Assembly: GCA_964632485.1 (NCBI GenBank)
Contig: CAZWDO010000008.1
Coordinates: forward strand, 62,001-126,000
Source of the DNA: an uncultured bacterium
Lineage (GTDB): Bacteria; JAGOEH01
Direction: 5' to 3'
Length of the DNA stretch: 64,000 nt
Each line of letters starts with the position of its first letter. Position 1 is the first letter of the stretch. A program made the position numbers and the translations under genes. This document shows, one piece after another, positions 58,948 to 64,000 of the stretch. The notes beneath the pieces are model-generated. The model was not told the origin of the DNA. It worked only from the letters and a program-made list of their open reading frames with translations, and made no database searches.

Positions 58948-61900
58948 TTATACGGTAACTTGGATGTCGTTGAAAAAAGTGTGGGCGGTGGCGACGAATT
59001 GGTGAATCCAGGGGGTGCTCTCTGGATTTTCCTGCCAGGTTTTAATTTGTTCTTCCAAAGGTTGATCCGTGAATATCATGCTCCAGAAAGGATCGCGCAG
59101 GAATTCGGGAAGGGTCTTGCAGGAAGTGGAAAATGCCAGGCTAAGCGCATGGAATTCAGCCTCATCGTGGTGGCGGCCTTTTTGGATATTGTTGGAAAAC
59201 TCATGATAGAAATTCCATGATGTCCCGGGCAGAAAAAAAAGCGGCTGGCGGCGGCCCTGCTCAAAAATTTTAACAAAATTAGAAATAACCGGAACGGCGC
59301 TTACCGGCGTACATTCTTCGATTGAGAGTGTATTGAGTTTGAATGGCGTTTTATTTTGAGAGTAAATTAAGCGTCCATCCACAGGAGTTTGCAGCAGCCA
59401 GGCCAGTATATTCTGAGCGATCCATAACCGGGTGATTTTTTTACCGATATTTTCCGAAAAGTGGTATTCGATCAGCGTATATCCCGCGTTATCTCTGCGC
59501 TTGTAAATCTGTCCTGCCGCCCGCAAGATATAATTTTCAAATTGTTTTTGAAGATCGACAGGCTCTGTCTCATGCCAAACCGGCAGAGCTTCGATGGCAG
59601 AACGAATGACTTGGACTTGCTCTTTCGATTGAGCGAAAAGCGACTCACCGTAATGGCTGAGCGGCAATTGAGCGGCGCCCCGAAATTTTTCAGGCGGTAC
59701 GTCGGGCAATTCCATTAATTGTTTTTTGATGATATGTTGATTTAAAGAATCGATTTCAAAGGGTTCACTTTCCTTGATGCTTTCCTCCACCGCTGGAAAG
59801 CGGGCATTGAGTATCTTTCCGCAGAAATATGCGGCCGGATTTTTGAAAAACTGATGCAGTTCTTCGATGTCAAGAATTTCCTTATAATCTTCCACGATAA
59901 GCGGTTGGAAAAAATCAAGGGAACGGGAAATAATGGAGCCTTCGGCGATTTGTCGGGCCAAATGCTGATATTGGACATTATACGTTTGGTGGCGAGGGGA
60001 TGCGGCATCGACATAGATGGGATTGAAGTTGTGGAGGGGGTGCGAGATGCGCAGGAACTCGCTGATTTTTTTATTTTTTTCGGATGAGTCGTCGTGTGCC
60101 GTGTTCGGCAATCTGAATCGCCGATCGATATAATCGACGAATTCGCGAACCAGTAGTGACGGAAAGATTTCACTATTGTCGTTGGGATTATGGCCGAGAT
60201 AGCTTATATAGAGTGTCTCACGGGCCGAAAGCAGGGTTTCCAGAAACAGGTAGCGGTCGTGTTCGCGTGGGATGCGGTCGTTGGCCATGGGATGGCTGGC
60301 GATCAGGTCGAATGGTATTTGGATCGTTGGGCGCGGGTAGGCGTTATCGTTCATACCAATCAGGCAGATGATGCGATAGGGGATGCTGCGCATGGGTACC
60401 ATCCCCGTGAAGAGGAGATCGCCACGACTGAATCCTGAATCTGCTGCAGAAGAATCAAGGTGTTTGATCAAATATTCGCGGATAATTTTCACGGATACGG
60501 TCAGCGAAAGATGACACAGCTCCTCATCCAAGCGCAGAGAGTGGAAAATCCGCTGGATATCAGACACGTCTCTACGATCGCAGGTATCAAGGGGCAGGAA
60601 GCATTCGAGCATGGATTTAAGGTAGTCGCTCCAGGCGTGGAGTTCGAGGGGATGTTGCAGTTCATGATAAAGGGTTTTTAGTTTTTCCCAGATATCGATC
60701 AACCGATTGAACAGGTCTGTGTCCGCAATATCGATGTGAGGGTAGCGAAGCGGTTCATCCTGGATATTCCCGGGTGTTGTCATGATCAGCAATCCATTGA
60801 TCAGTAGATCCAATCCTGCTTCCCATGTAGTTTCCCTTAAGGGTTGCTGGCCGTTAAAAGTTTGGCGGAAAATTCCATCGATACCCCAGCGAATGCCGCA
60901 TTCCTCGATCCATTGGCGGAGAGTTTCTAAATCCGTTTCTGTAAAATTGAATTTGTGGGATATCCATTCGTTTTCTATAATCTGCAGGAGGGTTTCGGCG
61001 CTAAAACGGCTGGTGGCAAGGTCAAGTAATTGCAGGATAATGCTGCTCAGGGAATTTTTATCTCTGATCGATCGGTCGGCCATGCTAAAGGGGATTTCTT
61101 TGAAAACCGCGTTGATATAAGGGAGGTAACTTTTTAATTCGGGTGTCAAAACCAGGATATCGCTGATGGAAAGAGTTGAATCGTGATTTAGCCAGCCGAG
61201 AACCTGATCGCGTAAGGCTTCGAGTTCACGCGCGGGAGTATAGGCATCGACAATGTAAATGCTGTTGTCCACTTCTGGTACCTGTACCGGTTCTTGAGGC
61301 AGTTCCCGCATGTCGAGAATATCTTGCTGAATTTGATGTAAAAGGGAAGGAGAATCCTCCTGGGTGTCATCGATCAGGTCCTCGTGTAAGTCAGATGCGA
61401 AGATTTCAGGGAACCGGCGGAAAAAGTTCAGCCCGACCTTGCCCCAATTGGCCAGCAGCGGGTTGCTGATTTCGTAATGCAGATCAGCGACCATATTGAC
61501 AGTGGTGGGTTGCCGCGCCTGAAGTTGATAATATTTTTTTTCCTTGATAATATCAAGCCAGTAATGGCGGCAGGGATTGAGTAAATAAGCATGAATAGGA
61601 ATAGAGTCTTTGAGTTTTTGGAAAAAATTGAAATAGTATTCGGGCAGGATAATCAGGCCGAAAATATACAGGGGAGCGGGGACTGATTGAATAATTCGGC
61701 TATCGGGCGATTCAACGGCGGCAAGTAGTTGCTGTTTGCGTCGTACAGGGTGATCGGACCCGTATCGTTCGGCCAACTTCCGCCATATCTCGGCCTGCCA
61801 CAATTCGTTGCTATCCTGTAGACTGGAATACTGGTATTGCCCTTTTTCCCATTTTTCAATCATGGTCTCGCGGTAGATATGATACTGATCGAAGAGATCG

Positions 61901-62304
61901 GCGAGTTTTCCGGCGAGTTGAAAGCTGTGCAACGGATCATGGTGGACATAGTTGGCGATAGCGCGGAATGGTTCCTGATGAAGGAAATCGTTTTGGAAGA
62001 GATGGTTGATGGTCCATTGCATGGCGGTTTGGCGCCAGGGAGACGGGCTGTGGTTGTCGGGGAAGACAATTTTCCATAACCGGTCCACGATTTCGGATGG
62101 CTGGATGAAGCGGAAGTTGAAAAAAATCTCGTTTTGCCTGGCGATCTGTCGGGAGAGCCATTGTCCCATTCCCGGAGTTTGAGTGATAATCCACACCGGT
62201 TCAAAAACTTTTCGTTTTTGTCGCCCAATGTTTTCCGCCAGCTTTTCTGCCAGCATTTCCAGTCGATTGCTGGTAAATATTCGTGATATGGGTGATTGTT
62301 TCAT
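58948..62304 (-). CDS. recC: Exodeoxyribonuclease V gamma subunit
   Basis: SNRLEML, LADLFDQY, NPCRHYW, NPLLANWG, GIRWG, PMRSIP, GMND; directly upstream of recB. Confidence 0.93.
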   Translation of the reverse strand: MKQSPISRIFTSNRLEMLAEKLAENIGRQKRKVFEPVWIITQTPGMGQWLSRQIARQNEIFFNFRFIQPSEIVDRLWKIVFPDNHSPSPWRQTAMQWTINHLFQNDFLHQEPFRAIANYVHHDPLHSFQLAGKLADLFDQYHIYRETMIEKWEKGQYQYSSLQDSNELWQAEIWRKLAERYGSDHPVRRKQQLLAAVESPDSRIIQSVPAPLYIFGLIILPEYYFNFFQKLKDSIPIHAYLLNPCRHYWLDIIKEKKYYQLQARQPTTVNMVADLHYEISNPLLANWGKVGLNFFRRFPEIFASDLHEDLIDDTQEDSPSLLHQIQQDILDMRELPQEPVQVPEVDNSIYIVDAYTPARELEALRDQVLGWLNHDSTLSISDILVLTPELKSYLPYINAVFKEIPFSMADRSIRDKNSLSSIILQLLDLATSRFSAETLLQIIENEWISHKFNFTETDLETLRQWIEECGIRWGIDGIFRQTFNGQQPLRETTWEAGLDLLINGLLIMTTPGNIQDEPLRYPHIDIADTDLFNRLIDIWEKLKTLYHELQHPLELHAWSDYLKSMLECFLPLDTCDRRDVSDIQRIFHSLRLDEELCHLSLTVSVKIIREYLIKHLDSSAADSGFSRGDLLFTGMVPMRSIPYRIICLIGMNDNAYPRPTIQIPFDLIASHPMANDRIPREHDRYLFLETLLSARETLYISYLGHNPNDNSEIFPSLLVREFVDYIDRRFRLPNTAHDDSSEKNKKISEFLRISHPLHNFNPIYVDAASPRHQTYNVQYQHLARQIAEGSIISRSLDFFQPLIVEDYKEILDIEELHQFFKNPAAYFCGKILNARFPAVEESIKESEPFEIDSLNQHIIKKQLMELPDVPPEKFRGAAQLPLSHYGESLFAQSKEQVQVIRSAIEALPVWHETEPVDLQKQFENYILRAAGQIYKRRDNAGYTLIEYHFSENIGKKITRLWIAQNILAWLLQTPVDGRLIYSQNKTPFKLNTLSIEECTPVSAVPVISNFVKIFEQGRRQPLFFLPGTSWNFYHEFSNNIQKGRHHDEAEFHALSLAFSTSCKTLPEFLRDPFWSMIFTDQPLEEQIKTWQENPESTPWIHQFVATAHTFFNDIQVTV

Positions 62305-64000
62305 TTTTTTAAATAATCGAGAATCTGTTTCATGAGCATGAAGCGTTGCTTTTTCTCAATGATCGATTCTAAAGGAAATCCGATAGTAATCGAACGGTAT
62401 ACACCTTCATAGGCAACTGCGGCGCTGAAGCGATTGTCGCTGTATTGCAGGATAGACCGGCTTTGTTTGGTGGGATAAAGCGCATCCGGGGCTTCAACGC
62501 TATAAAAATCCCCGGACAAGCTCTGGTTGAAGCGCAGGGGGTTCTTATCGGAAAAGATAGTAGTATCGATGGGAGAAACGCTGCCGGAATTTGTTGCCCG
62601 GGGAGCGTGTTTTTCAATTTGCAAAATTGTCTTAGCGAATTGGTGACGCTCAGCGGCGTCTTCTCCGGCGCGAAAAAGCTCCGTTCCTGGAAAAGCTCCG
62701 TTGATTAATAAGCTTTTATTGCTTTTACAGAATTGAGTTAGTTTCGTGATCAAGGGAGTTGGAAAGGCCTGATAATCAAATTCTCGTGATTTAGGTATAA
62801 TGGTTTTATTTTGAGTGGATGGAAATGTCGTCAATTTTTCTTCTCCGAGAATCAGATCGATGATTTTATATTCATTAAGGTTGATGACGGAATCCCAAAC
62901 CGCTTCATCACTGGCTGTTACGAAGGAGTAACCGGCTTCGAGAATGGCTTCGCCATGGATAATGGAATGATCGTGAGTATTACCTTTGATCGGTTGGGCT
63001 TCATAATTGCCGTAGCTATTGCCCCATCCGGGCGCATCATTGAAAATAAAAGGAGATAAGGGATCGAAATCGAATTGTTCTCCCGTAAAATTTAACGTAT
63101 AATTATCGGGCACTCCCTGATCGCGGTTCAGCAAAAGTCCTTTGAAGTTATTGTTTTCGACTAATCCAGGGATCGAAACCCGGTCAAAGGCCTGAACTAC
63201 CAATACAGTCGGAAGTTTACGCCCGCTGTTCGCAAAGGCGATCGTTTCGGAGGGCATACTTTCCCCCCCGCTGTTCCAGGCAGTGATATAAAGGCAATAA
63301 AGGGTATTTTTTTTAAGTTTTTCCAGTGTAAACTCGGCATGTGGCGTATAGGTTCCCGCATCAAAATTGCCTTGTGCGCCTTCCCGCAGATACACGACAT
63401 AACCGCTGGGAACCGCTAATGGCTCTGTGGGGTCTTGCGTGGGGCGCCAGGTAATTTGAATTTGATTGGCGCGCTGGAAATGCGCTTCCAGGTGGGAGAC
63501 TGGTAAGGGTTGTACCATCGATTCCTGGCTATAGTTTCCGGCAATATAGCGCAGCATGGCTTTGTAAATTGCCCGGCAGACAGTGAATTGAAAATGGGGG
63601 TCCAAGCCGTATTTCATATCAGCAAAGTTTTGATGAGAAAGCAGTTCCAATAAGCAGGAGGGAACATTGGGCCGTGAGGCCTCACTGTAGCCGGCATTTC
63701 GCAGGTCCCGTCGTTGCCAATCCACGTCGAAACTGGCGCGAATATCGTCAACGATCTGAGTCTGGATCAGGTCCGAAAAATCACGATTGGCAAAGCGCGA
63801 GGTGGAATCGGGGAATTGGATATTATCGTTGAAATCTTTCAGAGAATAAATGGAGAGAGTGCCGACAATTCCATCCAAGGAATCGATTCCCGCATCAGTA
63901 TGAAATCCAAAGCTGAGATCGATCGGAATCCCTAATCCGCGGGAATCCCGTTTTTTATTTGGGCCGTAGGGGGCGCCTATCAGGTAGTTCACCCATTCCC
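62301..64000 (-). CDS. Large exported protein with an amidase-like domain and FN3 ('xanthan-lyase-like' family); 5' end lies beyond the window
   Basis: FHTDAG...YSEASRP...LLELLSHQN; FN3 domain (ITW...GYVVY...YITAWNSGGES); frame open to the window edge. Confidence 0.6.
   Translation of the reverse strand, partial: EWVNYLIGAPYGPNKKRDSRGLGIPIDLSFGFHTDAGIDSLDGIVGTLSIYSLKDFNDNIQFPDSTSRFANRDFSDLIQTQIVDDIRASFDVDWQRRDLRNAGYSEASRPNVPSCLLELLSHQNFADMKYGLDPHFQFTVCRAIYKAMLRYIAGNYSQESMVQPLPVSHLEAHFQRANQIQITWRPTQDPTEPLAVPSGYVVYLREGAQGNFDAGTYTPHAEFTLEKLKKNTLYCLYITAWNSGGESMPSETIAFANSGRKLPTVLVVQAFDRVSIPGLVENNNFKGLLLNRDQGVPDNYTLNFTGEQFDFDPLSPFIFNDAPGWGNSYGNYEAQPIKGNTHDHSIIHGEAILEAGYSFVTASDEAVWDSVINLNEYKIIDLILGEEKLTTFPSTQNKTIIPKSREFDYQAFPTPLITKLTQFCKSNKSLLINGAFPGTELFRAGEDAAERHQFAKTILQIEKHAPRATNSGSVSPIDTTIFSDKNPLRFNQSLSGDFYSVEAPDALYPTKQSRSILQYSDNRFSAAVAYEGVYRSITIGFPLESIIEKKQRFMLMKQILDYLKK

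Overview
A 64-kb, gene-dense core-chromosome segment of a bacterium. An FCB-group/candidate-phylum anaerobe is likely (inference from a T9SS/FlgD-type sorting tail, a Bacteroidetes-style 'xanthan-lyase-like' FN3 protein and a type-2 IleRS). In order it contains: the 3' end of pepF; a gapN-hybrid kinase-HD-GYP operon; a long, tightly coupled minus-strand run (serine hydrolase, rsmA, dnaN, recF, ispG, uppP, degenerate pgl, tandem thyX, cobO, EndoQ-UvrD fusion); an uncharacterised SelA/DgaE-like PLP enzyme with a small partner gene; Trx-CcdA, an S1 protein, ileS, an unusual CheZ-like protein and a SWIM-SNF2 helicase; gyrA-metK; prc; cysE-proB; pcm; DegT aminotransferase-phoB-phoR convergent on a Na/Pi cotransporter; a TolB-like protein and a secreted amidase; a PPIase and a serine hydrolase; recB-recC. 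I found no tRNA, rRNA, CRISPR array or mobile element. The most interesting unannotated signals are: (1) a complete candidate sigma54-dependent ~70-nt sRNA gene with an anti-Shine-Dalgarno/anti-AUG seed between the SNF2 gene and gyrA; (2) an EndoQ-UvrD fusion ending in a beta-clamp motif (QLGLF), in the same gene run as dnaN, recF and thyX; (3) a four-repeat Pho-box-like array lying over the Na/Pi transporter promoter; (4) a CheZ-like protein with multiple docking helices; (5) several structured 5' leaders. All calls come from motif recognition by eye; no database search was run.
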